Part shown: positions 36,992-46,900 of the stretch, in pieces
How positions within the stretch are numbered: position 1 is the stretch's first letter
How the letters are laid out: each line of letters starts with the position of its first letter
NCBI GenBank assembly: GCA_007376395.1
Contig: VMGE01000007.1
Location: 8,037 to 72,036, forward strand
Direction of reading: 5' to 3'
DNA from: Microgenomates group bacterium Gr01-1014_5
GTDB taxonomy: Bacteria; Patescibacteriota; Microgenomatia; UBA8517; UBA10165
Length of the DNA: 64,000 nt
Program-made: the position numbers and the translations under genes
Notes under the pieces: generated by a model
Databases searched by the model: none
What the model was told of the DNA's origin: nothing
Seen by the model: the letters and a program-made list of their open reading frames with translations, nothing else

Positions 36992-37876
36992 TCAGTCACT
37001 CTTCACAAACCAAGTCTGGCCATCGCTCACAATTTCTATCTCCCCCTCCTGGTCTGTCCGTAAAGTTTTTACCCTCAAATCCCTCAACATTTCTAAAGTC
37101 TCTTTATGCGGATGACCATAGCGGTTATTGCGGCCTGCAGAAATTATTGCTAATCCCGGCGAGGATACCTCTAACATTCCAAGGGTAAGACCATTCTTTG
37201 AACCATGGTGTGGAACCTTCAAAACCTCTACTGTGCCCCTGATCCTCTCTGCCATAGTATCTGTAGCCGGAGGAACTATGTCCCCTGTTAAAAGGGCGTC
37301 AAACTCGCCGTACGAAAGTTTTAAAACTAAAGAAAAAGGATTAACTTTTTCTTCCACTCTAGCCCCCAAAACCTTACTCCCGAGAGCTGGAGTATCAAGA
37401 GCTGAGACTTGATCTTTGTCCGGCCAAAGCGCGGCTAGTTTTAATTTCGCAAACGCGATCGTCTGTCCAGAATTAAGGCCAGCTGTTTTGATTTTGGCTT
37501 TCTCAATCTCTTTTTCCAAAGTCTCGAAGGCTAGGTCATTTTTGCCAACCATATTCGCGGCAAAAGCGCCTATTTTATACCGCCTGACAATATCTATAAA
37601 CCCACCGTAATGATCCAAATCTGCATTGGTAATTACCGCCATTTCTATTCTCCTGTCCCAAAAAGGCATATGGCCGGAAAGACAGCTTAAAATTTTGGCG
37701 TCAGCCCCTGCGTCAACAAGGATTTGAACCTGTTTTTGATAAATTAAAATCCCGTCGCCTTGCCCGACATCGCAAAAAACCAAATGCAGACGGTTGTCAA
37801 AAAGCGGAGCAAGAGCAAAAACGAGGAGTAATAAAGAAGCTAGAAAAAAGATTAAAAGATAGTGCCAATAACGCAT
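36992..37876 (-). CDS. ComEC-type metallo-beta-lactamase protein
   Basis: FCDVGQGD, D.G, DLDH.GG, LTGD, KVPHHGS, N.YGHP. Confidence 0.92.
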   Translation of the reverse strand: MRYWHYLLIFFLASLLLLVFALAPLFDNRLHLVFCDVGQGDGILIYQKQVQILVDAGADAKILSCLSGHMPFWDRRIEMAVITNADLDHYGGFIDIVRRYKIGAFAANMVGKNDLAFETLEKEIEKAKIKTAGLNSGQTIAFAKLKLAALWPDKDQVSALDTPALGSKVLGARVEEKVNPFSLVLKLSYGEFDALLTGDIVPPATDTMAERIRGTVEVLKVPHHGSKNGLTLGMLEVSSPGLAIISAGRNNRYGHPHKETLEMLRDLRVKTLRTDQEGEIEIVSDGQTWFVKSD

Positions 37877-37879
37877 AAT

Positions 37880-37983
37880 AATTCAAAAATCAAAAGGCAA
37901 AATTTAAAATTGCAATTAAAAAGTCAAAAGTTTTGCCACTTTTAAGTTTTAATTTGTACTTTTGACCTTTGAATTTTAACTTT
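37880..37983. repeat. inverted heptamer array (AAAAnnA / TTTTnAn)
   Basis: TCAAAAATCAAAAGGCAAAATTTAAAA...TTTTGACCTTTGAATTTTAACTT. Confidence 0.8.
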
Positions 37984-39131
37984 TAACTTCCAAATAGTCT
38001 TACTATTTGGATAAAGTATTCTAAAGGCAGCCACAAAAACCAAGCAAGAATTTGCCCGAGCATTTCCCCTGAGCTTAGCGCGGGTCCTGGCACGCTAAGC
38101 GTGCCCCATAATCCCCCCAAGACGCCCAATATCCCTAATAAAAATCCGCCAAGCATAATAAAAGGCACGGTCCAGAGCACCAGCGTGTTTACCAAAGGGC
38201 TGACGAGCGACACTTCGCCGAAAGTAATAAACAGCAAGGGGGTTACCGCAACTTGGGCCGCAAGAGTTACCGACAAGGCAGACTTAAAAACAGCCGGCAG
38301 ATATTTAATTTTGTCTACCAAATCTTGAGTTTTCTTCCCCAGCCCTACAATGCCGGCAGTCGCCAAAAAGGATAGTTGAAAACCCAGGTCAAATAACCAA
38401 AGCGGGTAAATAAAGAGCATTATGGCTCCTGCAATTACCAGGGCACGCCAAACATCGAACTCGCGTCCCAAAGATTGAGCGAAGATGAGGATACTGCCCA
38501 TGACAGCCGCTCTTACTATCGGTGGGTCTGCGCCGATTAAGAGGACATAAGACCAAACTAGTATAAAACATAACAAAACAGCTCTCTTTCTCCCCCAAAT
38601 AAAAGCCGTAATATTTATAATCAGTCCCGAAAAAAAGGCGATATTAGAACCCGAGGCAACAACAATATGTAGAGTACCAGTTTTACGCAAAGCTTCTAAA
38701 AAGTTTGAATCGAGGCTGGATTTTGTACCCAAAACAACACCTGATAATAGCCCCGAGTGGGGTTCGGGAAGAAATTTCTTAAAAACACCAAACACTCTCT
38801 CGCGTATTTCACCCAAGACCCCCAACTCCCCTATTTTTCTCACTACAGGACTTTCCAGGTAATACCCGCTCTTCCCTTTGCCAATGACCCCTTCGGCTAT
38901 TATTCGCTCGCTATACGACAGTTCCGGAAACCGGTCAGTATAGAAAGTGAAGTCACTAAGGGTAATCCTTTGCTGTGCACCTGCAACCTGGGGTTGATTA
39001 CTTATCTGTCCCGAGACACGAACTTTGTCTCCTACCTGGTAACTAGGTCTTACTAAAACAAACCTAATCACCCAAACCGTTGTTAGTCCAATACCTAAGA
39101 GTGCTAAGAAAAATAACTTGCGAATTGGCAT
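37983..39131 (-). CDS. comEC: ComEC competence channel domain
   Basis: TGTLHIVVASGSN, PPIVRAAVMG, GFQLSFLAT. Confidence 0.92.
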   Translation of the reverse strand: MPIRKLFFLALLGIGLTTVWVIRFVLVRPSYQVGDKVRVSGQISNQPQVAGAQQRITLSDFTFYTDRFPELSYSERIIAEGVIGKGKSGYYLESPVVRKIGELGVLGEIRERVFGVFKKFLPEPHSGLLSGVVLGTKSSLDSNFLEALRKTGTLHIVVASGSNIAFFSGLIINITAFIWGRKRAVLLCFILVWSYVLLIGADPPIVRAAVMGSILIFAQSLGREFDVWRALVIAGAIMLFIYPLWLFDLGFQLSFLATAGIVGLGKKTQDLVDKIKYLPAVFKSALSVTLAAQVAVTPLLFITFGEVSLVSPLVNTLVLWTVPFIMLGGFLLGILGVLGGLWGTLSVPGPALSSGEMLGQILAWFLWLPLEYFIQIVRLFGS

Positions 39132-39149
39132 GATAAATCGAACAACACA

Positions 39150-39273
39150 AAACTCTAAGCACTAAACTCTAAATTCTAAATAAATTACAAATGGTAAATT
39201 CGAATATTGAAACATTGGGGCATTAGAAATTAAATATTGTTTAGGATTTAGAAATTAGGATTTAGGATTTTTG
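39150..39273. repeat. inverted heptamer array (CTAAAyT / ATTTAGr)
   Basis: CTCTAAGCACTAAACTCTAAATTCTAAA...TTTAGGATTTAGAAATTAGGATTTAGG. Confidence 0.8.
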
Positions 39274-39275
39274 AA

Positions 39276-39932
39276 CTAAGGCGCTGTTATCTGCTCTTTA
39301 ATCTCGTCCAACAGTTTCTTGCCAATGACTTTTTTGGAAACAAGTTCATCAATCGCAGCATAGGGTCTGTTTTCGATAATTGCCGCCGCTCTTGCCGGTC
39401 CAATCCCTTTTAGTTTTTCCAACTCCGATTGAGTTGCAGAGTTGATGTTTATCAAGCCAGTTTGTACTCCCAACAATTTACCTGCGCTACTTGATCCACC
39501 ACCCACAACCGATAATTCACCCTCAGCCGGTATATATATCTTTTGTCCATCGAGAAGTTTGGCAGCACGGTTAACATACTTCTCTACCCACTCCCGATCC
39601 GCCGTGGCGGACAAACCTCCTGAGGCTATTAGCAAGCGCTCTACCCGATCGCTTGCTAACAACTCATATACCCCAGGCTTGACGACTGCCCCCGAAACCT
39701 CAACCGTAATTTTACTCTCATCACCTTCAACCCCACTAACTCCCTCATTTCCCCCACCACTTTCCAAGATTTCCACCTTAGGCTGTTCAAAAACGCCCGA
39801 CAGAAAAGAGAAACCACCAAAAAGAAGAAATAGTCCGCCCAAACCTGCTATCAAGAGAAGACGATACTTCTCAAACCAAGCTTGAATCTTGGCTTTCCAC
39901 TCACTTTCTTCAGACAGGAAAAACTCTGACAT
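39276..39932 (-). CDS. comEA: ComEA DNA receptor
   Basis: TM, SLBB (VSGAVVKPGVY), HhH (ININSAT..EL..L.GIGP..A..II). Confidence 0.93.
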   Translation of the reverse strand: MSEFFLSEESEWKAKIQAWFEKYRLLLIAGLGGLFLLFGGFSFLSGVFEQPKVEILESGGGNEGVSGVEGDESKITVEVSGAVVKPGVYELLASDRVERLLIASGGLSATADREWVEKYVNRAAKLLDGQKIYIPAEGELSVVGGGSSSAGKLLGVQTGLININSATQSELEKLKGIGPARAAAIIENRPYAAIDELVSKKVIGKKLLDEIKEQITAP

Positions 39933-39934
39933 AA

Positions 39935-40025
39935 ATTAACCTAATTTCTAATTACTAATTAACCTAAATAAGCACTAATGCCCAATTATTAGAAATTAGA
40001 TCAATTAGGTCAATTAGAAATTTAA
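39935..40025. repeat. inverted CTAATT/AATTAG array
   Basis: CCTAATTTCTAATTACTAATT...ATTAGAAATTAGATCAATTAGGTCAATTAG. Confidence 0.75.
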
Positions 40026-40034
40026 ATTTTGGCG

Positions 40035-42713
40035 TTATACGACAAAATTAATCGTCTTACCGGGCACAAAAATTACCTTTTTCGGCTCAGAAGTTAAATA
40101 CTTAGCCACAAACTCAAAGCTTCTGGCGCGCTCCTCTACTACTTTCTGATTATTTGCCTCGTCGGCAGAGACAACAACAACCCCCCTGTATTTACCATTT
40201 ACCTGAACAGATATGGAAACAACCTCATCAATTACCAAAACAGGGTCGTACTCTGGCCACGGGGCAAAATGAATCGACTCTTTGTGCCCCAACTCATTCC
40301 ATAGTTCCTCTGTCATGTGCGGCGCAAACGGAGCAAACAGCTTCAGTAGAGTTTCACCCGCTTCCTTAGATATTCCGTTTTCCACTTTTGAATTTTGAAT
40401 TTTGAATTTTGAATTCAATTCCTCTAAGGAATTGACGTACTCCATAATCCCTGAAATTGCTCTGTTGTAACGCAAGCCTTCTAAATCCTCTGTCACTCTT
40501 TTTATAGCCTTATGAATTAAGCGTTCTTGTTCATTGGAAATTGAAAATTGTGAATTAGAAATTGATTTTTGTACGAGTCGCCAGACTCTGTTCAAAAATT
40601 TAAACATTCCTTCCATGCCTGTGTCCCGAAAGTCGCCACCCTGGTTAAATGGTGATAAAAACATCAAATATAATCTTAAAGTATCAGCTCCGTATTTTTT
40701 GATGTAGGCGTCCGGCACAATCACGTTTCCTTTACTTTTACTCATTTTCGTTCCCTCGCAGATTAAAAGTCCGTGAGCAAAAAATCTAGTGAACGGCTCT
40801 TCAAAATCAAGGTGTCCCCAGTCATGCAAAGCCATAGTGACAAAACGGGAATACATAAGATGCAAAACTGAATGTTCTGCTCCGCCAATATACATATCGA
40901 CGGGTAACCAGTGTTTAGTTATTTCCTCGTCCCAGGGTAGACTCTCGACGTTTTCTTCCTTCGATTTGCTCTTTAATTTTAAATTTGAAATTTTAAATTT
41001 TAAATTCTTCGTTACGGAAGGGTAACGAAGGAAGTACCAAGCAGAATCTAAAAATGTATCTGAAACATCAGTCTCCCGCCGCGCATCAGAGCCGCACCCG
41101 GGGCATTTAACATTTATAAACTTCTCGTCTTGGGCTAATGGGGATTTGCCAGTTCCAGTGGGACGATAATTCTCAATATATGGAAGTTCTACCGGAAGTT
41201 GGTCTTCGGGCGCCGGGTACCAGCCTGCTGCCGATGCAGCGGAATTTGAAATTTCAAATTTTAAATTTTTAATTCCATTCCCCTCAACCATTCTTTCGGC
41301 CTCATCAGTGATAAACCATGAATCCCCTCTATCTGCACAAGCCTGGCAATATATCATAGGGATAGGTGGTCCCCAATATCTTTGGCGCGAAATTAACCAA
41401 TCGCGAAGGTGATAAGTCGTCATTTTCTTACCCCAGCCATTTTCTTCTAATGAACTTAATATTTTTTCCCGATCGCGAGGCCACGATAGTCCATTCCAGT
41501 CTCCCGAATTTATTATCGTCCCCTCGCCAACATACGCCTCTTGCAAGTCTTGATCAGTTTCTTTTTCAGACTTGATTGTAGAAACAATATCGAGATTATA
41601 TTTACTAGCCATCTCGAAATCCCTCTGGTCGTGCGCAGGAACACCCATAACCGCTTCAGAACCATATCCGGAAACCACATAGTTTGATATATACACCGGA
41701 ATATCTTTATTGTTGGCCGGATTAACCACATATGCTCCAGTAAAAACTCCAGACTTGTCTTGATTTTGGCTTCGCAAGGTCTCTCCTTGCGAACCTAAAT
41801 TCGGTGCAGATATGGTTTGTTGTTGTTTAATATAGTCTGATACGACTTCTTTTTGCGCCTCCGTTGTTAGCGTAACAACTAGCGGCGAGTCTGGGGCAAT
41901 CACCATGAATGTCGTACCGTAAAGCGTATCCGGCCTTGTAGTGAAACAGGTTAAGGTGTCGGTAGTTAGTTGTTTGGCCTCCCTACTCGCTACTTTAAAC
42001 TTAACCTCTGCGCCATAAGATCGCCCTATCCAATTTCTCTGGGCAATCTTAATTTTTTCTGTCCAATTAATTTTTTCTAAATTATCTAACAATCTATCAG
42101 CATAATCTGTAATCTTAAAAAACCATTGCTCGAGATCGCGTTGCTCGACAACACTTTTACACCTCTCGCACTCTCCGGCTATAACCTGCTCGTCTGCCAA
42201 AACCGTCAAACAAGACGGGCACCAGTTAACTTTGGCTTTTTGCCTGTAAGCTAGGCCATGCTTAAACATTTGGATAAATATCCACTGTGTCCATCTGTAA
42301 TAATCCGGATCATACGTCTCCAAAGTTCTTGTCCAATCAAATGCATTACCTGTTGCTTGAAGTTGTGAGTAAAACCGCTCTTCTGTGCGTTTCGAGACTT
42401 CAGTCGGATGTTCATTGATCTTAATTGCATAATTTTCAGAATGGATTCCAAATCCATCAAGCCCCATAGGTTCAAATACGTCATTACCTTTCATTCTTTG
42501 GTATCTCCCCCAAATATCTGCACCCGTAAAAGCATACATATTCCCGGCATGCAGACCTTCAGCCGAGGGATACGGGAACATCATCAGGTTGTAGTAGGGT
42601 TTCTTCGACTTGCCCAAGTCAGGAGAAAAGAGTTTTTGCTTCTGCCACACAGATTGCCACTTGGGTTCAATTACGGCTGGATTATAACTCACGGTTACCT
42701 TTTTTGCGGCCAT
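40035..42713 (-). CDS. leuS: leucyl-tRNA synthetase
   Basis: MFPYPS..LH.G, FTTRPDT, DWLISRQRYWG, KMSKSKGN; several low-complexity inserts. Confidence 0.97.
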   Translation of the reverse strand: MAAKKVTVSYNPAVIEPKWQSVWQKQKLFSPDLGKSKKPYYNLMMFPYPSAEGLHAGNMYAFTGADIWGRYQRMKGNDVFEPMGLDGFGIHSENYAIKINEHPTEVSKRTEERFYSQLQATGNAFDWTRTLETYDPDYYRWTQWIFIQMFKHGLAYRQKAKVNWCPSCLTVLADEQVIAGECERCKSVVEQRDLEQWFFKITDYADRLLDNLEKINWTEKIKIAQRNWIGRSYGAEVKFKVASREAKQLTTDTLTCFTTRPDTLYGTTFMVIAPDSPLVVTLTTEAQKEVVSDYIKQQQTISAPNLGSQGETLRSQNQDKSGVFTGAYVVNPANNKDIPVYISNYVVSGYGSEAVMGVPAHDQRDFEMASKYNLDIVSTIKSEKETDQDLQEAYVGEGTIINSGDWNGLSWPRDREKILSSLEENGWGKKMTTYHLRDWLISRQRYWGPPIPMIYCQACADRGDSWFITDEAERMVEGNGIKNLKFEISNSAASAAGWYPAPEDQLPVELPYIENYRPTGTGKSPLAQDEKFINVKCPGCGSDARRETDVSDTFLDSAWYFLRYPSVTKNLKFKISNLKLKSKSKEENVESLPWDEEITKHWLPVDMYIGGAEHSVLHLMYSRFVTMALHDWGHLDFEEPFTRFFAHGLLICEGTKMSKSKGNVIVPDAYIKKYGADTLRLYLMFLSPFNQGGDFRDTGMEGMFKFLNRVWRLVQKSISNSQFSISNEQERLIHKAIKRVTEDLEGLRYNRAISGIMEYVNSLEELNSKFKIQNSKVENGISKEAGETLLKLFAPFAPHMTEELWNELGHKESIHFAPWPEYDPVLVIDEVVSISVQVNGKYRGVVVVSADEANNQKVVEERARSFEFVAKYLTSEPKKVIFVPGKTINFVV

Positions 42714-43236
42714 ACCGATATTGTAGTTGAATTAAGAAGAAAGAATCAAGAAATACGGGTAAAAGTCCACAAAATCGCTCCAATCTCGCGTCATTAATTC
42801 TTGTCAACCCGAAAGTACGACCGCTAGCAGACGAACTTTTACCAAACAATAGTAAATTTCTAAAAAATAACCTAACCAACCGGGATTTTGCTCACTTATG
42901 CGCCTAGTTTCGAATTTCTAGCACAAACTATATCATGTACCAATATTGCCACCAATGTCCGGTTTGATATATTTAGGTAAGCTAAAATTTAGCGACTTGT
43001 TCCGTGTGTAGTTCTGTGAAAACTGATTTTAGTTAAGTTTCTGTTCTTTTCAGACTATATCATACCCCTTAATAGGTAAAAATTGGGGGTTGACAAGGGT
43101 TTGGCGCTATTAATATAGTGAATATGTTCAGTATAACCGCGTATAATTTTGTATAATCGAACCTGCGGTTCTCATATGTTCACTTGTGTTTCACGCAAGT
43201 TATAAAAGGACATAATCCGAAGCTAAATTAAAAATT

Positions 43237-43752
43237 ATGAATACCCTGCCTAAACAATTTGAGATTTATCTTGCCGAAACACTTGGTGTTTCTGGAAAAA
43301 CTCTGAGAAACTACAGAGCTGATCTTGGGCATTTTATCCGTTGGTCAAAGGTTCATTTGGAAAGCAAAGAAATTGCCATTAACGACTTGGAGTCTTTACT
43401 TCCTCACTTCTCCGGATATCTAGTTGCCACTTACAGAACTCATCAAGTGCATTTCGGGGTTCCGCAGTCAACAACGAATCGCAGGTTATCGACACTTCGC
43501 AATTTTGGAAAATTTTTGAGTGCTTCAGGCATCACAGAAAACAATCCCACCCAACTTATCACCAATCTCAAGGAAGAATTAACCTTGGAGCAGGAACTGG
43601 AAGGAATCGTGCGTGAATACGCTAAAACTTTGGAAAAGGAAGGCATTTCTGCGGTGACTTGCAAAAACTACTTGTCAGACATAAAACATTTCGTCAACTG
43701 GTTAAAGCTAAATCAAGAAGTCTGGATAGACAAAGCAATTCAGACAAGCTAA
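43237..43752 (+). CDS. integrase N-terminal SAM-like domain protein without catalytic domain
   Basis: S.KTLRNYRADL.HF, STTNRRLSTLRNF..F, second S.VTCKNYLSDIKHF..W; no R-HxxR-Y region. Confidence 0.85.
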   Translation: MNTLPKQFEIYLAETLGVSGKTLRNYRADLGHFIRWSKVHLESKEIAINDLESLLPHFSGYLVATYRTHQVHFGVPQSTTNRRLSTLRNFGKFLSASGITENNPTQLITNLKEELTLEQELEGIVREYAKTLEKEGISAVTCKNYLSDIKHFVNWLKLNQEVWIDKAIQTS

Positions 43753-43841
43753 AAAGGCACGGGTAGCCAAAAATTACATCTGGGGGGATAATAATTTTTA
43801 GTTAATTCCGATTTAATCGGTATTAAGGCTACCCGCTCCTT
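43751..43841 (-). ncRNA. candidate three-way-junction small RNA
   Basis: CGGGTAGCC/GGCTACCCG stem enclosing two hairpins; minus-strand TGGTATACT upstream and T5 downstream. Confidence 0.55.
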
Positions 43842-43907
43842 CGAGTATACCACCACAAACAAGAGGTTTGTAAAGAGTCACTTTGCTTCCCCCGGCTGTG
43901 CCCGAAA

Positions 43908-46900
43908 ATGAGTAACCTGCCCAACATTAGCCCTGAGCTCCTTGCTAAATATCAAAGCGAGATAGAGAACCTGCATTCTTCTGCTACAATCCGCCGCAAA
44001 ATGTCCTCCCTTGGCCGCTTTCTGCGCTGGGGAAGCGCTAACGGCCACTTCCCCTCGGCAGCTGCCGGCGTGGTTGTGGTTTCTCCTTCCACTGGCGAAA
44101 CAACCTTTACTCCCCCGATTAAAGACGTGGAAAGTTTTGTCAAAGAGGCTGGAAACCAGGCAACCCGGAAACCAGGCAACCCGACAACCGGAAAAGCTGA
44201 GTTTTGGTGGGAAAAGAATCAGGGGGTCGGAAAACTTAGCACTTCAGAGAATCAGCAGAATGGGTCTGGAAATCAGGGTGTCGGCTTTTCTGCCAAAGCC
44301 TATTTCAAGGTTGGCTTATTCACACTCACCGGCCTTACGGCGGTCGCGCTCGCTTTTTTCCTTCTCAAAGAACTTCCCAAGGGCAATAAGTCGGTATTTG
44401 TGGCGCTCTCCGGGTTTGCGCAAGGACTGCTCGGGGTGTCGGAAGGTCAGAATACCAGTGATTCCGGCGGTCAGGAAACCAGTACTTCAGGAAATCAGGA
44501 CACCGGCACTTCTGATACACCGGCTGACGGATCCACCGATACACCGACTACTGACACCCAGACCTCCGATACCCTCACCGCACGCATCCTTAATTTAATC
44601 GGTAGCGATCCCCTCATTCGAGCGCTAGGTGGTCCCCTTCTGCTAAACAGTCTTGGTATCACTCTCAAAACCGATACAGGCTCGGACGGAAACATCACCT
44701 TAGCTCCAGATGGCGAAGGTCAAGTACTCCTTCGTTCCTCTACAACAAGCAAAGATTCGTTTTCAGTGACCAACTCTAACCTGACATCTGGTAACCTGAT
44801 CTCTGGTTTAGTAGGTCATGATGGATCAAACTATAACCTTTTTTCCCTTTCTTCCGGTTCTGAACCTGTAGAACGATTTACGGTTGATTCACACGGAAAC
44901 ACAGTTATTGGAGGGACAGTACAAACCGGAGGACAACTTACCTCCCCTTCGGTCGTTACCCAGCAACTGTCGGTTGAGCGCGATATCAGTCTCACCGGCA
45001 ATCTGCTAGTCGGAGGCGTAACCCGTTTGAATTCTGCCGGCCGACTTGCTTCTATCACGGGCTTCTACCAAGATTCAGGATTATTTGAAATTGACCAAGG
45101 CTCGGCCGACTCTGCCCGGATTACCAAATATCCAACTGCCGCCCAAGGCCCGTCAACTGCCGACTCTGTCACTTACAAAGTCGATGAATCCCGCACCACC
45201 AATTCTGCCTACGACACGCTTGTCCTCTACCGCACAGGCGGAACTTCATCGGCCTACGCTTTGGATATCAGAGACGGCAACTTGCATGTTGCCGACAACT
45301 CTACTTTTGACGGAGACGTAACCGTCAGCGGTACGCTCACGGCCAACATCAACAGCAGTACCCTTACTGCCGGAGCGCTTACTGTTACCGGCAACACTAC
45401 CATGGGCGGAGATTTGGCTATCAATGGCGGGGATTTAACTTCAACAGCCTCAACCTTTAACTTTTTAACTTCAAACGCAACAACTGTCAACCTCGCAACA
45501 GCCGCAACTTCGTTATCAGTCGGGGCCTCAACCGGAACTACTACTGTCAACAACGCACTCACCGTTACCGGAGCTTTTACCGCCAACGGACCGGTTTCCT
45601 TGGGCGATGGCGACGACACAGTCACCATCAACGGCACGACTTTTACCTCAACCGAAACCTCCCCGATTACTTTTAACATCGCCGACGGTATCGTTGACGC
45701 CTGGGATTTGCAGGAAGGCACGCGGAACTATATCAATGTCAATACTACTAATACGTCTGAGGCTGTGCAATTTGGCAACGCTACCACTAATCCCAGCTTC
45801 GGATTTTTAGGAACAGGCGCGGTAACCATAGCAGGATCTGCTGAAGGAACGAACGCACTTGTGATAACCGCCGGTGACATCACGGCAACTGCCGGAGATA
45901 TTAACTTAAACTCCTCAACTCCTGACATTAAAACGAGCGCCACCGGCACTGGCTCACTCTTCAACGCAAACTTAACTACCCTCAACATTGGCGGGGCCCT
46001 AACCACTCTCAATATCGCTGATTCAACCACTACCAAAACTATTGACATCGGCGGAGTGACAGCCTCTGGAACTGACACCATAAATGTCGCGACAGAAGGA
46101 ACACTAGCCGACGTCATCACCATAGGCAACACCAACGCCTCAACGACTCTAGCCCTCACCGGCGGGGATGACTGGAATCTAGCGGCAACTGGTGTACTTA
46201 CGCTCTCTGCATCGGCAGCTCAGACAACAGCCATAGTTATCACCGATACTGACTACACCAATGCCTTATCAATTGCCGACAATAACATCACTGGCACTAC
46301 CTACTCGCTTATCGGCACTGCAGCCTCTATTGATTTCTCAGAGTTTGATGTGTCTGCCTCAACCGGAAGCGTAACAATTAATGACACAGCAGATGCCGGA
46401 GCGTTCTTGGTCGAAGGCACAAATTTAGACATCAATTCTCTTGACTTTGTTGCCGCTGGAACAATCACAGCAGCCTCCGGACAGGGTCTAACCCTGTCAA
46501 CGACAAGTGCAGATATAGCTTTGACAACCGCTACTTCTGGCAATATCAACCTAACAACTGGTGCTGCCACGGGTTTAGCCAACATTCTTACAGGAAATTT
46601 AAAGGTGGGTAATGGGACGCCAACTGTTTCTTTGGACGGAGAAGATGCCTATGTTGAAGGGACGCTTGAAGTTGATGGAGCAACGACTTTAGATGGCGCC
46701 CTCACTGTTGCAGGAACTTTAACCGCTAATGGAACAGTTGCAATTGGCGACGGCGGAGACGCGATTACATTAAGCGGAACAACAATTACTTTAACTGCCA
46801 ATACTTCAGGCAATGATATTACCTTAAACCTGACAGATAACAATGCCGATGCGTTAGATATCCAGGAAGGGGCCAACAACTACCTCAATGTTGGAACTTT

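Noticed and set aside
43237-43752. Prophage or active tyrosine integrase
   Set aside because: No catalytic domain, att sites or phage structural genes nearby
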